NCBI RefSeq assembly: GCF_963676685.1
Contig: NC_092345.1
Location: 50,716,001 to 50,780,000, forward strand
Direction: 5' to 3'
DNA from: Mytilus edulis
Taxonomy: Eukaryota
DNA length: 64,000 bases
A program made the position numbers and the translations under genes. This document shows, piece after piece, positions 25,301-38,251 of the stretch. The notes beneath the pieces were generated by a model. That model worked only from the letters and a program-made list of their open reading frames with translations, had not been told where the DNA came from and did no database searches. The stretch's first letter is position 1; the number at the start of each line of letters is the position of its first letter.

Positions 25301-28300
25301 ACAATACCGTTCAAATGTTAACCATTTATTAGCAACTGGCATATTTAATATTAATTTTCTCGAAAGTAAAATAAACAAATTTTGAGTATTAAAACTTAGG
25401 TAATGCAGTTACTGTAAGAAACTATTGCCTCATATTTTATTCTTTAGGTTATATGAAGTACGTTTTGCTATATATTTTGATACAGCTCGTCAATAAATCA
25501 AAACCGGAACATACCTCTCAAAATGGTGGCAATATATATGAATGTATTTTTGCATTCTTGAAATTTTAATGCCATTTTTCACTGTTATTGAGTAAGTTAG
25601 CTAATTATAAAATATACATTATATTTTAGCATCCCATTATTCTTTAATTTTGCAACATCTCTTTTCTTTATGTCATTTTTGCCCAATATTATTTTTATTC
25701 TGTAAATCCTGTATGGTTTTGCTTCTGTTTACAAAAAGTAAAAAGTACTGAACATTTATGCAAACAATTTAATAGACCTTCAAATATTGAACTGTTTTAT
25801 TTTACAGTGGATACACCAGATCCGTTCGTATCGTTATATATCAAGACATCTCCAAACTGTTTGCAGAAGACCAAGACTGTAGATAACGAAGTGAATCCAG
25901 TATGGGATGAAACATTTCAATTCTACCTTGATCCTAGAGATAACAATGAGCTTGGTACAGTCATTTGCTTTTTAAGATACATAAACTTGTGTCATACCTA
26001 TCAGTAATGTCATTCAATAAAACAAAGTACTTATCTAACTACCTACAACAATCATCTTTGGATATACATAACTGCAGTTACGAAGATCATACCCCAGAGA
26101 ACAATTATTCAGATCAATCCTGTATTACATGAAAGATTATCATTTAATCAAGTTATGACTATTAAACAGCGGTATACTACTGTTGCTTTTATACCATATG
26201 AACCACAAAAGCTTATATTTAATGAAAGAGATTAAAACAAAATGTATATCATGTAGATAGCTTAAATCAAAAATAGACTATGAACACCTTGACAATTGAA
26301 ATAAAAATGATTCACCTTAAAAAGTTTTATTGCGAATTTGCATACCACTTGATTTTTTTTTTCATATTGATAAGAATAGATTACAATATCAAAAATACTG
26401 AACTCCGATGAAAATTCAAAACGGAATGTCCGTAGCCAAATGACAAAAGGTCCTCTAAATCCTGTAATAAATTAAGGGTATTATGTTCAAAATCTTCATT
26501 CATAACTAGTAAAGTCCATAACAGTCGTTTGTTCTGTCACGCTGAAACCTTATGACAAATAAATATGGTCTCCAATTTGTTTAAATTTAACTTGTCGTGG
26601 CCACACAAAGCATTGTACGATTCTGATTCACCAACTTTACTTCTCTCTGCAACTTCATGATACATTATTTAATTTTTTGACATTATATGAAAACAACTAT
26701 CTTAAACTAGGTATATGAGAAGTAATATTCGTTCAGGCATGTATAGTAACATTTGTCATATGAGCTTTTCGGGCACCTAAGAATCCCAAGTTAATTTATT
26801 AGTAGATGTCAAGGTCAGTTATATGATGTCACTTGTGAACTGCTTTTCTTTTTCTCAATTTCAGAAATTACCTTGATTGATGCTAACTATACCATAGACG
26901 AAACTATTGGTATGTGTATCATAAGTTTGAAGGATTTACCATATGCAGAGAAAGAAACAAAAACTTTACAATTCAATAAGGTACTGTTACCTCATATGTA
27001 TATACAATTGTTATCGATATTTAAATTCAAAAATAGGTAATGGCTTTTTTCGATGAAAAATAAAAATAATAAAAATACTGAACTCCAAGGAAAATTCAAA
27101 ACGTCAAGTCTATTAACAAACGGCACAATCCAAAGCTCAGACACATCAAACGAATAGAAAAAAACCTGTCATGTTCTGGATTTGGACAGATATTTCCTTA
27201 TGTAGAGATTTGTTGGATTAAACTTGGTTTTATAGGTTGCTTAGCCTATTAACTGTATGACAGTCACATATAATTCCATTATATTGACAACAATGTGTGA
27301 GCAAAAAGAACAGACATAATAGGTAAAAATGTCAAAAATAGGGGTACATCAATCAACATTGTGTTATTATCACAATCATTATAAAAAAAGAACTATGTCA
27401 ACAAAGGAAAACAAAAAGGTATGTAGACACTCCACTAACAAAGCACATTGTCATAAAATAAAGACAAAAATACAATCGATACAAAGACAATTAAAAAAAA
27501 CCCACTATAACACGTAATTAAGATGATAAACAACGTCAGTACATAGAATCTATATTCTAGAGACAAACATGTATTATTTGTGAATTTTATAATATACTTG
27601 TAGATTATCGTTGATCATCTGAACGAAATTGATTTTCCCGCTTGAACCGAGACGGCGAAAGCGAGAAAAGCAATCGAGTTGAGATGACCATTGATAATCT
27701 ATTTATCGCTATTTTACTTATGCCGACATTGTCAATTTAATGTCAATTTCATTATCAACGCCACGTGCTCCCATAGTTTCTATCGATAATGTTAATATCA
27801 CTCGACTCCGTTTTCATATCACTCGAATTCGCTGAGAAAGAAAATTATCAGACAGTAAGATCAAAGGAAAATTTTGTTAAATAGCGATAATAATGGCAAC
27901 AGAAGTTTACCGATGTTCAAAATTCTATTAAGAAGATATAAAGAAAGGTGGATAGCAAAAAATTGTCGGAATCGCAGGGCTTTGAAAAGGGTCGAGACCA
28001 AGTCTTTCTTTATGTAAACAGCATCCGCCTTGCGAATCCACACTCAGTCAATATATAACCATCAGGAATTAGACATTATTGGTAACTTTAAAGATCAGTT
28101 GACCATTCTGGTTTTTTAAAGACCTTAGATTGCAAAAAAACATGTCGCAGTTTAGTGATGGTGTCAATTTCCAATGCATCATACATCTGATTGGATATTT
28201 TTTGTGTAAGGAGTAAACTCCTTCTAACGATGTTCGCATAGAGTTAAAATGCACGACTGTTAAGTATACATTTTACGTTGTATATGTAAACTCTTTCATT

Positions 28301-31300
28301 GGTGCGGATGATAGTTTATCGTTCTTACTACCGCTAGGTAGATACCTCTGTTGGTGGACTACATGCCCAAAATCAGTATTTTTATACAGGCATGAAAACG
28401 GACTGTTTTATTGAGATTCAATATCCTAATCTTAATCAAAATAAAATAGAAAAGATTTTCAATTATAGTTAAACGTGCCATTAAGTTTTAATACATAAGA
28501 ATTTCAATTTCTACCTGTGAATATTGGAATTCCAATTTGTACTAAGAGGATTCTGGATCCACCAAACAATTTGTACTGTTACGTCGATAAGGGGAACTGT
28601 TCATTCTTGGGAAAGATCAATATGTATTCCTACACATCATAAATAATCAACTCATCTTTTATTTATCAGGTTACCCCCATCAAATCTTTTATTCCAAACG
28701 TCATGTTAATAAAGACAACATCACCTAAGCTCACACCGGGTTATTCAATCTTTATTTTATTGAGCAGTGTTTTGTAAATAATTACATTACGGTATGAAAT
28801 GTGGGAAACATCATATATACAAACGTTGAAGACAATATACAAAAAAAAGGAACATAAGTATAGCGAAAGGAAGATAAGTAACAAAGGATTTCATGAGGGA
28901 TGTATTTCTCAATTTAAAATTACCTCCAAAATTTCAACCGTTTTCTTTCAGGCCATGGTGTTTTATTTCTATTCAACTTGTGATTTTCGTTTGCTTTTTG
29001 TTTTATCATCTCTCTATAAAAAACACCAATTGTCATCTATGGACTTTAAAACTTTTATTTATTATTTACAGACTTCAGAAGTCGACATTGAGATGTGGGC
29101 AGAAACAAGGTATGATTACTAAAATTTAAATTTAGAAAAGAAACGAAATATCATGCAGGAGTGGAGGTTATCCTTGACAATTGACTTTAACCTAAAGCGC
29201 CATAACAAAAAAACAAAAAAAATATCATCGATAAATCGACATTTGATGAATGTGATGAGCTAGAAAGTCATTTCCCTCTGAACTAGTAAATTCGAGAAGT
29301 AATACAAAGATTGAACCTTGCTTTCTTATTTCAGCGGACATCATGTTTAGGCTTGAAGAAGAATATTATAATAACATTAAGGAAATGATCGAATAAACGC
29401 ATTGTATACATTGCTTGCATTTCCTATCATGATTTTCTTGATAGAGGGTTACTGCTTACAAGGAAGCTATTAAACCAAGAGTTCCAAATGGTGAAGTTGA
29501 AATCATCCCTTCGTAAATTTTACGGACGCCATCACGAGTTGGTTGACCGTTATGGAATAACCGTTTCACAAATGATATCGGATATGTTCCTTACGTCGTA
29601 ACTACAATCCCCTTTCCTTTCATGCATGTGACCTACCGAATTAGACTATTTACCGGATTTGTAATCACATAAGCAACACGACGGGTGCCACATGTGGAGC
29701 AGGATCTGCTTACCCTTCCGGAGCACCTGAGATCACCCTTAGTGTTTGGTGGGGTTCGTGTTGTTTATTCTTTGGTTTTCTATGTTGTGTCATGTGTATT
29801 GTTGTTTTTCTGTTTTTCTGTTTGTCTTTTTCATTTTTAGCCATGGCGTTGTCAGTTTGTTTTAGATTTATGAGTTTGATTGTCCCTTTGGTATCTTTCG
29901 TCCCTCTTTTACTGCTGTACCAATTAGCATTAAATTTTAAGACAAAAGCAATGACAAGAAGGATGGATGATCCATTGTATAACATTATTTGATAGATAGC
30001 TAGTATTATATTACAATTTGTTTATACCCATTGAAAAAATATTACAAAATACACTTATCATAATTACTAGGATAAACAATGTACGCCAGACGCGAGTTAA
30101 GGTATATTTATGAACGAAATAAGAGTGATGCAACTTTCATGAAAACTTCATCTTTTCACTTTTCGAGTAAAATCAATCTGACATTGACATATGACATTGA
30201 ACACAGTAAACCAAACAAACTAAAATGAAGCTAATCTGGTTATTAACGAAATTTACACTTTTTCAATTTCTCACGTTTGAAGCGCTTTTCTGTATTTACC
30301 TTCATCAGGGAAAATCAAATTTAAACATTTGAAAGAAGTATTTTTTTTATAATTTCACGAAATATGTATAAAAAAGTAACTTTTTACACTATGAAGGGTT
30401 ATTTCTAAAGAAAATGAGTAGCAAAGAACCTTGATAGTTTTGTTGTCTATTAGTGGCATTAGTACGCATTAATTTATATTTGCAGTGTCACGCCAGATCT
30501 AAGATTCAGTCTGACGTTATGCGAAGAGGAACGAACATTTTTAGCTCAAAGAAAACGAGTAATTTTTGAGAGCATGAAAAAACAGTTGGGTTCAGATGCA
30601 CCGAAATCATCGAGAGAGGTAAATATATTTTTTTGGGTGCGAACATATATTTTCACGAGTAATTGGCTGTTGATGTATGACTTAAAGAAATTAATTTGTT
30701 CAATTGCTTCAGTTATTTCATTCAGAATTATCGCCTAAACAAGAATTGAACTGTAACATTCTGAATTATAAATCACTTTCTAGAATCTACTTGTTAAGCA
30801 GACCATAAATATTTAAAGTTACTGTTAATTAATGGAAATTAGACATATCATACCGGGAAAAGTTTGCTTCATTACAAATCAAACCACTCACAATTTATTT
30901 TTTAATAGAAACAGGTGGTATATTGATTTAAAACATTAATGAGACGCTTGAAAAATTACAGGTACCGACGATTGGCGTGTTGGGATCTGGCGGTGGTTTT
31001 AGAGCAATGACAGCATATAGTGGCGTATTTTCAGCTTTAGTTGACAGTAAAATACTAGATATGGCAACATACGTGTGTGGACTGTCAGGGTCAGCATGGT
31101 ATGTTATAAATGGATAGCAAAGGCAGAAAAACCGGCATGTTTCTGATATAAAAAGTACTCTTGGAATACATAGATCACTATGAATGCATTATTATCATAA
31201 GAAAATAGAAAATGGAAACGAGGAATGTGTCAAAGAGACAAAGAGCAGACAACAGCCCAAGGTCATCAATGTGTCATAAACACAGCGAGAAAATGTTTTG

Positions 31301-34300
31301 TTATGTCTCAATGTCTCACCCCCTTCCCCAACTATACCTCTAGCCAATGTAAAATAAACAATCACGCAGCAATAGACAGTTAAACAACTCAGCCTAAAAG
31401 AAGTCCGATTACGATGTTATAATAAGTAAAAGAAGAAACAAAGCAAAATGACAATGATACATAAATAATCAAAGGAGAAGAACATAACCCATACCAATTT
31501 TCGTGGGTTATTTAAAACTTTCAATTTTCGCTGATATTTTGTTTCTAGTTTTGCCATATTATGCATATACTGTTCGTGAGTCGTTTAACATTTAATTTCA
31601 TTGTTTGCCTGTACCACCGACGGAAACCACTAATAATATGGAATCAACAATTTTTTTATTCTATTTCTACGTAAAAAAAAAACTCCTCTGCAATTATCTT
31701 ATATTTAAAAAAGAGGTATTATTGATTGTGTTTAGTTAAATAAAACATTATTGAATACGGTGCTAGGAGAAATTCCTAATTTCAAAATCATGAAAGGCAA
31801 ACCACTGCTCAAGAATTTGAGAGTCAGTTTATACGGATTGACACGAAGAAAAAAATCGGTACAAGTTTAAGAACAATCAAATCAACCCGTTTTCCATTGG
31901 TAGCTTTTTTTATTTGTATCATATCCTACAAAAGGAAAAGAACAAATTATAAGGAACTTTAAATTCTTCAAATATATACGTAAATGCAAAGTTCTTTTCA
32001 AAGGAAACATGTTTTTATTTTAAGGTATTTATCTCAACTGTACTCAAATCCAGAATGGCCAAAGAAATCCCCAAAAGAATTACAGCCACAGTTAAAAGAC
32101 AATATAGATTCTAGTCCTTTCCTGTTGCTTGGACCACGGAGCATGTATAAATATGTTAGTAATATTATAGAAAAACGACGTCAAGGTCAACCAGTCAGTT
32201 TCACTGATTTCTTTGGACACCTTGTTGGTGAAACTTTGCTACATGAGGTAAGGGTTATATATATGTTGATATACTTGATTAGACAATAACCGTGTACTCG
32301 GAAAATATTACTCAAAATACAGGTTCAATGATGATTCTTTTTTATTTAGGGAATTACAAAGATTAAACTTTATTTTTCCAACCTTATTAACGTTCTCTCT
32401 GGATATTGTCTTTTTTTTTAAATATTAGAAGTGTGTTCAATTGTTAATCTGAATTATCTTCATGTGAAATGCTATTTTCAAAAATGTGTTTGCAAATACC
32501 TACAAATGTACCATAAACTATGTTGACATATTTTAGAGAATGAATGCCAAACTTACAGACCAGAGAGATATAATAGAAACAGGAGAGGTGCCATTTCCAC
32601 TATACACATGTTTACATGTAAAGAGACAAGTCTCTGCTATGATTTTCCATGGTGAGGTTTACATTTTTTTTTTATAAGTATAAAATGAGAAATACAAATA
32701 CAAATTTGCTTAGTTGCCAAAATGTATTTGTCCTTACGATGTTAGTTTTTTTTACTTTAATAATGACGTCAAAAACAGATTAACAAAGAGTTAATTAAAA
32801 TAACTGGGTTTCAAAATAAATACAAAAACAGAAAATCGTGTAAATTTCCTTATAGTTAGATTTTTAACGTAAAGCGTGTGTTCATTAATAAAAATACAAA
32901 TCTTTAAGCAAAACATAATATAGAGATTCAACAAGATGTATCAACATTTTATTCATAGCACAAGTATTTAGTTACTTTCTATTTCTCAATCTAATGCATG
33001 GATATATCATTTCCTTGATATGTTATTGAGAGAAGGAAACTACTCGAAACTGAGAATACTGATTTTATGTTTAGATATAGAGTGACAAATAAAAAAAATA
33101 AGATGTTTTTCTTGAATTTTGTATAAATTCAGCATTGGTTTTTGTTAACGTTATGTAAAATGTGTTTTATTTCTTAAAAAGTTAAATAACAAAAATGACG
33201 AACGCCGAGGAAAATTCAAAACGAAAAGATCCTACTCAAATGACAAAATCAAAACAAATGGATAACAACTGAATGAATATTGATAAATATAATTTTTTTT
33301 CAGAATGGATGGAATTTTCCGCTTATGAAATTGGTTTACCAAAATATGGAACATTTATGAAAACTGAACATTTTGGTAGTAAATATTTCATGGGACAACT
33401 AGTACGAAAACATCCAGAACCCCCACTTCATTTCTTACAAGGTAAGAAGACACATACGCTTGTTTTTGTTGATTGCACTAGAACATACGGAACATTCACG
33501 CCAAATTAATTAACTTGCATATGTTTAATTGGTGACATAATCGTTTTTCTTGTCCTGTTCTGAAAAACGATTATGTCACCAATTAAACATATGCATATTT
33601 ATTTTGACTTCGAGCTATCCATTTTTGGCTCTTAGTTCTTAATCATAAATGCAACATGATTTGGAAAGAAGCTGCAAATACCAAGTCTTCAGTCATTGTT
33701 TAACCAGACTTGAAACCAAATCCTGACCTGAATCTCTGGACAAGCACTGTTCCATAGATCACCCTAATCGCTCTAAAACAACATTAAAAATATATGATTT
33801 TCTATTAAACATATGTAACAGCTTCTTGTTTGAAACAGCTTTACATATCAAATTCTGATTACTTAGTTTTGGTTTATTTTACTCTTATTTTTTTTTCTGG
33901 TAATGCTACTAATAAATCAGCACTTAATAGATTGTTAAAAAATATAAGTATATTAACATATAGATACACAGATTTTTCAAAAATAAATATTTCAAGCGAA
34001 CAATATAAACTCCTTGGAACTGTATTGCAAGTATAACAGACAAACTTTTTACGAATATGTTTATGCTTCAGGTATTTGGGGGAGTGCATTTTGTATTCAA
34101 CTAAAACGACTCCTGAAAGATGACAAGAAAGTAATGAATGAATGTCATTCATCTTTTGATGAAAGGGAAGAAATGGGTGAGTTCATCTTTTTATATTCAA
34201 GATTCAGACAATACCTATTTGAAGAATTTTGGAGCATTTTTTGTCTTCTCATGATTCATAAGATTATTTAAACTACAACATCACGAATATTTATGAAACT

Positions 34301-37300
34301 TTTAATGGTTTGATTGGATAAATTCGTTATGATTTAATATTGTAGAAATTAGAGGAGGGATCAAATAAGAAAATTACAAACTTAAATAAGCTATCATAGA
34401 AATTACTTATGTAGTGTACTTGTGTTGGCTGTCGAACTTTCTGAATCTGAGCGTCACTTGTTATTCTTGTGTGGACGAAACGCACGTCTGGCGTATTAAA
34501 ATTTTAAACCTGGTACCTTTTGTTAGCTATTATTCGTATGTTTCTCTGTCCTATATGTTCTCCCATTTATTTTTATTGTAGTCCTGTCATGTAATGTTGT
34601 CATTTTAATGTTATATTTAACATTGCCATAAAAGCGGGAAGTTCGACAAGACACAAAAACAAGTTCAACCCACTATTTGTTTCTTAAAATGTCCTGTACC
34701 AAGTAAGGAAAATGACCATTGTTATATTATAGTTCGTTTCTGTGTGTGTTACATTTTAATGTTGTGTCATAGTTCTCCTCTATTATTTGATGCGTACCCC
34801 TCAGTTTTAGTTTGTAACCCGGATTTGTTTTTTTCTCAATCGATTTATGAATTTCGAACAGCGGTATTCTTTGTCGCCTTCATTAGCCACTTGTAGAGAC
34901 AATTAGTTGCAGAATTTGAATTTGTATCACTCTGTTACGGGAAGACATTATACTGGAAACGAAGAACCAAATCTGACTTACTCACGATGATAATTTTTTC
35001 TTTAAAGTCTATCTGGGTACCGGTATTTCATAGCATGACCCGAAATCAGATGACAGAAGCGTCAAAACTAGGCATGTGAATGACAAGAAGTAAAACACAT
35101 AAACATTTACAAATTGTAGAAATAATAACTTTTCAGCACACAATTATAATAATTGCCCCCTCTAAAATAATTGGCTAACAATGAACCATTTCAAGATAAT
35201 GTCTAGCCAAGTACCAGTATTTCATATAATGACCTGCAGTTTTAAAGGAATAGATATGTAATGAAATGGTATTTATGTGAGTGAACATTTGTATAATGGT
35301 CAATGTTTCAATGCAAGAAGGAATTTTGAGCTTGACAAATATCTGAAAATATAAGCATAATGAATTCATACAAACACGTTCAGCCTCCAAAACGTAACTA
35401 CATTTCTTTTTAATTACTATGATACTGTTAATCTTCATATAGCGAAAGAGTTGTTAGACGATATGGGAAATCAAACTGATGAAGATAGTGAATCAAGTGA
35501 AAGTGAGGATGATACCGATGACAAGAAACAAAATGACAAAAGAAAGAATAAAACAACAAAGAAAGAAAATAAACCCGATATGAAGGATCATTCGTTTTGG
35601 AAAAGTGTTCTTGGGACAGTATTTGATGCTAATTCGTGGATAAATTCTATAGAAGGAAGAGCTGCAAAAGTACACAGCTTCATGAGAGGATTATCCCTAT
35701 ATAAAGTGTATCCCTTCTCACCATTTACATCTATAAATGAAGAGACCGCAGGTAAATAAAATTATATAACAAAAAAAACTTTCTTTAAATACATTAGGGT
35801 TTTTATCTTCTCTTTTCTGTATTCTTCATATTCAATTTTTTTTAAATCTTACCACCAGTTGGATTTTTTTTTAATATATGAGCGTAACGTTTTAAATGGG
35901 ATATGTAAACGCCCATAGATGGAACAGAGAGAATTTAAAAGGTTGGAAATGACGAGATGGCATTTGGAAAGTTGAAATCATCACGTTTGCCATAGGCTTA
36001 AATAATGGCAACACTAGTTACCGCTGTTCAAACTCAAGTTTATCAAAATCGATTAAAAATATCAAGAAATGAGGCAGGAATTTAATTTCGGTAGTATCTA
36101 ATTTTAAGTTCCCTTAGATAGATGAAATGTAAGCACTACTTGTAATGTAGGATAGTGGGTGTCAGAACATCATCAATATATCTGAAATTCAAATGAAAGA
36201 ACTGTGCAAGATGCTTTTTTGTCTTTGAGAAGGTACTGTATGAATACATATGAGCACAACAAAAAAATGCTCTGCAGTGGTGCACAATTAGTTCTAATTT
36301 GAAATCCGCTTGTCTGCTTTAATCATTCCATCAAACAGTCGTGCATTTTGATGACTTCATTTCCCGTCTTATTGTTATTGAAATCGGTTAGAACCTTCAC
36401 AACAACAAAAAATCAGGAATTAATACAAGGAATTTGTATCTACATTTCCTATTTCTGAAGAAAAAGAGCTCCGTTTAATGAAAAAAAAAGTCGATCTTTC
36501 AATTGAACATGCGGAGAAGTAGTTTTAAGCATCGAAAAGTAAAAGGTTTTGCTATTCATACAAAATTATAAAGAATACTTGGCACGTGTAAGCGCATTAA
36601 ATATCTTTCAAATACACGCTTTTAGATGGAAATTTAAAACGGATTGTCCTTTATAACACATCAAAATAAAAAATTCACACACATCTAACGAATGGAAAAC
36701 ATTGTGTTATATGTTGCATCATAGCATATGATTGGTTTTTATTGGTTTTGATTTACATCTTTTTATTGCAAATCTTTGTTTGTATTTTCAGATCAGTTTG
36801 ATGGCATTTTTGAACTTTTTCCAACCACAATGAAAAAGCTCTACGTTGTTGATGGGGGATTGACATTCAATTCGCCATACCCGTTGTTACTAAGGCCCCA
36901 GAGACAAGTGGATCTTATCTTGTCGTTTGATTTTAGTGCAAGACCTACTGATGATACACCACCATTTAAGGTAATTGTTAAAACACATTAACCAATTTGC
37001 TTTGTTTAAGCCTAGGTAGCATAAAAGGAAAGAATCATATAAAGAATTGTAAGCCTAGGTAGCATAAAAGGAAAGTATCACATAAAGAATGTTAAGCCTA
37101 GGTAGCATAAAAGGAAAGAATCATATCAAGAATTTTAAGAATTTATCTGTTTTTCATCAAATGATATGGAGTTCTTCTAGAAGACATTTACTTGTCAAAA
37201 CGAAGTATCAAGCACTATATAAGCAGTTCATAAAACAAAAGAATGGCAAAAAATGTATAAATGCTACAAACGCAATTTGTAATTTGTAGGAAATCAAGAT

Positions 37301-38251
37301 TGCAGAACACTGGGCTCACAAGAACAATGTACCGTTTCCACCAATAGACGTCAATATAATGGAAAAGGAAGGAATAAAAGAGTGTTATGTGTTTGAAGAT
37401 CGGAAAGATCCTAAATGTCCTACCATCTTACATTTTGTTTTGTCAAATATAAATTTCAGGAATGAGACACAACCAGGTAATGTTTATGTTGGTATTTTTT
37501 TGCAATTGATAGATTGTTTGTTAGTGGTTAACACGTCATAAAAGAGAGGCGAAATATCTAGAAGTACATTCAAACTCACAAGTTGAAAATAAACTGACAA
37601 CGCATTGGTTGAAAGAAAGAAAAACAGACATAAAACATAGAAAAATTTAAGAGCAATGACAATTGGAAAAAACGACTTTTGTGTAGTTCGGTCAAAGTGT
37701 ATACTTATGATGTACCGTTGATGATTTCAAAGATATTTTTAAAAGCTGTATGAAACATAGTACTGAAGTTATTAAAATACTACAATACTAAAAAGTTCAA
37801 GAATTAATATATGGTGTGGATATACTGTACCATAATTGTATTACTGTCCTGTTAAATGCTCTTGATGTTTTCATTTTATCAAAACGGTGATTTCTTTTCA
37901 ATATTTCATAAAATGTGTATTTCAATTTTAGATGTACCAAGACAAACAGATGAAGAAAAAGAGTTTGGTGATTTCCAACTATTTGACGACCCAAAACGTC
38001 CATATTCGACTTTCAACTTTAATTATTCTCATCTGGCGTTTGAAAGGATAACTCAATTAACTGAATATAACACTCTGCGCTTTAAAAATTTAATAATAGA
38101 CAAGGTTCGAGAATGCGTGAGAAAATATCAGGATTCATCCATTCGAAGACCAATTAAACTACAAGATATTAAGAAATTAAGACTTGGAGCAAAGGATAAG
38201 GAGGATAGATTAAAACAGTTTGTCGAATCTTTTGATTCCCCTGATTCATGA
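19320..38251 (+). CDS. PLA2G4A: Cytosolic phospholipase A2 (group IVA-like), 16 coding exons, about 756 aa
   Basis: Exons join in phase at GT-AG sites: 19320-19336, 24056-24080, 24851-24932, 25808-25954, 26865-26980, 29072-29109, 30486-30618, 30962-31098, 32025-32247, 32537-32651, 33304-33441, 34072-34176, 35443-35751, 36792-36970, 37290-37476, 37932-38251 (total 2271 nt). Shows C2 domain (DTPDP, NPVWDETF, DANY), GSGGGFRAM, nucleophile GLSGS, catalytic DGGLTFN and PFSP; colinear with vertebrate cPLA2-alpha from memory. Confidence 0.95.
21010..21385. repeat. High-copy interspersed repeat (other copies near 11000-11540, 25140-25230, 61740-61980)
   Basis: Shared AAGTCAGGAGCCTGTAA and CATTGGCAATCATACCACATCTT motifs. 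Confidence 0.7.
24056..24080 (+). CDS. PLA2G4A: cPLA2 25-nt micro-exon (FDPFQVFE)
   Basis: ttccag|CTTCGACCCTTTTCAGGTTTTTGAG|gtgagt. Confidence 0.85.
24496..24539 (-). ncRNA. Minimal type I hammerhead ribozyme (retroelement-associated)
   Basis: Minus strand reads GCGUCA CUGAUGA GUCU uuugu AGAC GAAAC gcac GUC UGGCGU: intact core, stems I-III and a GUC cleavage triplet. Confidence 0.8.
24851..24932 (+). CDS. PLA2G4A: cPLA2 exon, C2 domain start
   Basis: atag|VSHYPCTILYIKVVRGYNITKGWAADL|gtaagt. Confidence 0.92.
25808..25954 (+). CDS. PLA2G4A: cPLA2 exon, C2 domain
   Basis: DTPDPFVSLYIKTSPNCLQKTKTVDNEVNPVWDETFQFYLDPRDNNEL, bounded by AG and GT. Confidence 0.95.
26865..26980 (+). CDS. PLA2G4A: cPLA2 exon, C2 domain
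   Basis: EITLIDANYTIDETIGMCIISLKDLPYAEKETKTLQFNK. Confidence 0.95.
27070..27580. repeat. Interspersed repeat family (fragments also near 22660, 26395, 33195, 36625)
   Basis: Recurrent AATACYGAACTCCRAGGAAAATTCAAAACG...CACATCAAACGAAT motif. Confidence 0.7.
29072..29109 (+). CDS. PLA2G4A: cPLA2 38-nt exon, end of C2 domain
   Basis: ttacag|TSEVDIEMWAET|gtatga; phases 0 and 2 fit both neighbours. Confidence 0.88.
29412..29910 (+). mobile_element. Recent 3' fragment of a Naiad-type Penelope-like element in a cPLA2 intron
   Basis: Near-identical reverse complement of 47201-47698; encodes RT C-terminus ...LRKFYGRHHELVDRY. Confidence 0.88.
30486..30618 (+). CDS. PLA2G4A: cPLA2 exon, start of catalytic domain
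   Basis: VTPDLRFSLTLCEEERTFLAQRKRVIFESMKKQLGSDAPKSSRE. Confidence 0.95.
30962..31098 (+). CDS. PLA2G4A: cPLA2 exon with oxyanion loop and nucleophile Ser
   Basis: VPTIGVLGSGGGFRAMTAYSGVFSALVDSKILDMATYVCGLSGSAW. Confidence 0.97.
32025..32247 (+). CDS. PLA2G4A: cPLA2 exon
   Basis: YLSQLYSNPEWP...GQPVSFTDFFGHLVGETLLHE. Confidence 0.95.
32537..32651 (+). CDS. PLA2G4A: cPLA2 exon
   Basis: RMNAKLTDQRDIIETGEVPFPLYTCLHVKRQVSAMIFH. Confidence 0.95.
33304..33441 (+). CDS. PLA2G4A: cPLA2 exon
   Basis: EWMEFSAYEIGLPKYGTFMKTEHFGSKYFMGQLVRKHPEPPLHFLQ. Confidence 0.96.
34072..34176 (+). CDS. PLA2G4A: cPLA2 exon
   Basis: GIWGSAFCIQLKRLLKDDKKVMNECHSSFDEREEM. Confidence 0.93.
35443..35751 (+). CDS. PLA2G4A: cPLA2 exon, acidic loop and MAPK-site region
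   Basis: AKELLDDMG...EGRAAKVHSFMRGLSLYKVYPFSPFTS. Confidence 0.93.
36792..36970 (+). CDS. PLA2G4A: cPLA2 exon with catalytic Asp
   Basis: KKLYVVDGGLTFNSPYPLLLRPQRQVDLILSFDFSARPTDDTPPFK. Confidence 0.97.
37007..37135. repeat. Three copies of a 42-bp intronic tandem repeat (also in the duplicate near 44069-44197)
   Basis: TAAGCCTAGGTAGCATAAAAGGAAAGAATCATATAAAGAATT unit. Confidence 0.9.
37290..37476 (+). CDS. PLA2G4A: cPLA2 exon
   Basis: EIKIAEHWAHKNNVPFPPID...KECYVF...CPTILHFVLSNINFR. Confidence 0.96.
37932..38251 (+). CDS. PLA2G4A: cPLA2 last coding exon
   Basis: VPRQTDEEKEFGDFQLFDDPKRPYSTFNFNY... ending in TGA at 38249-38251. Confidence 0.96.
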
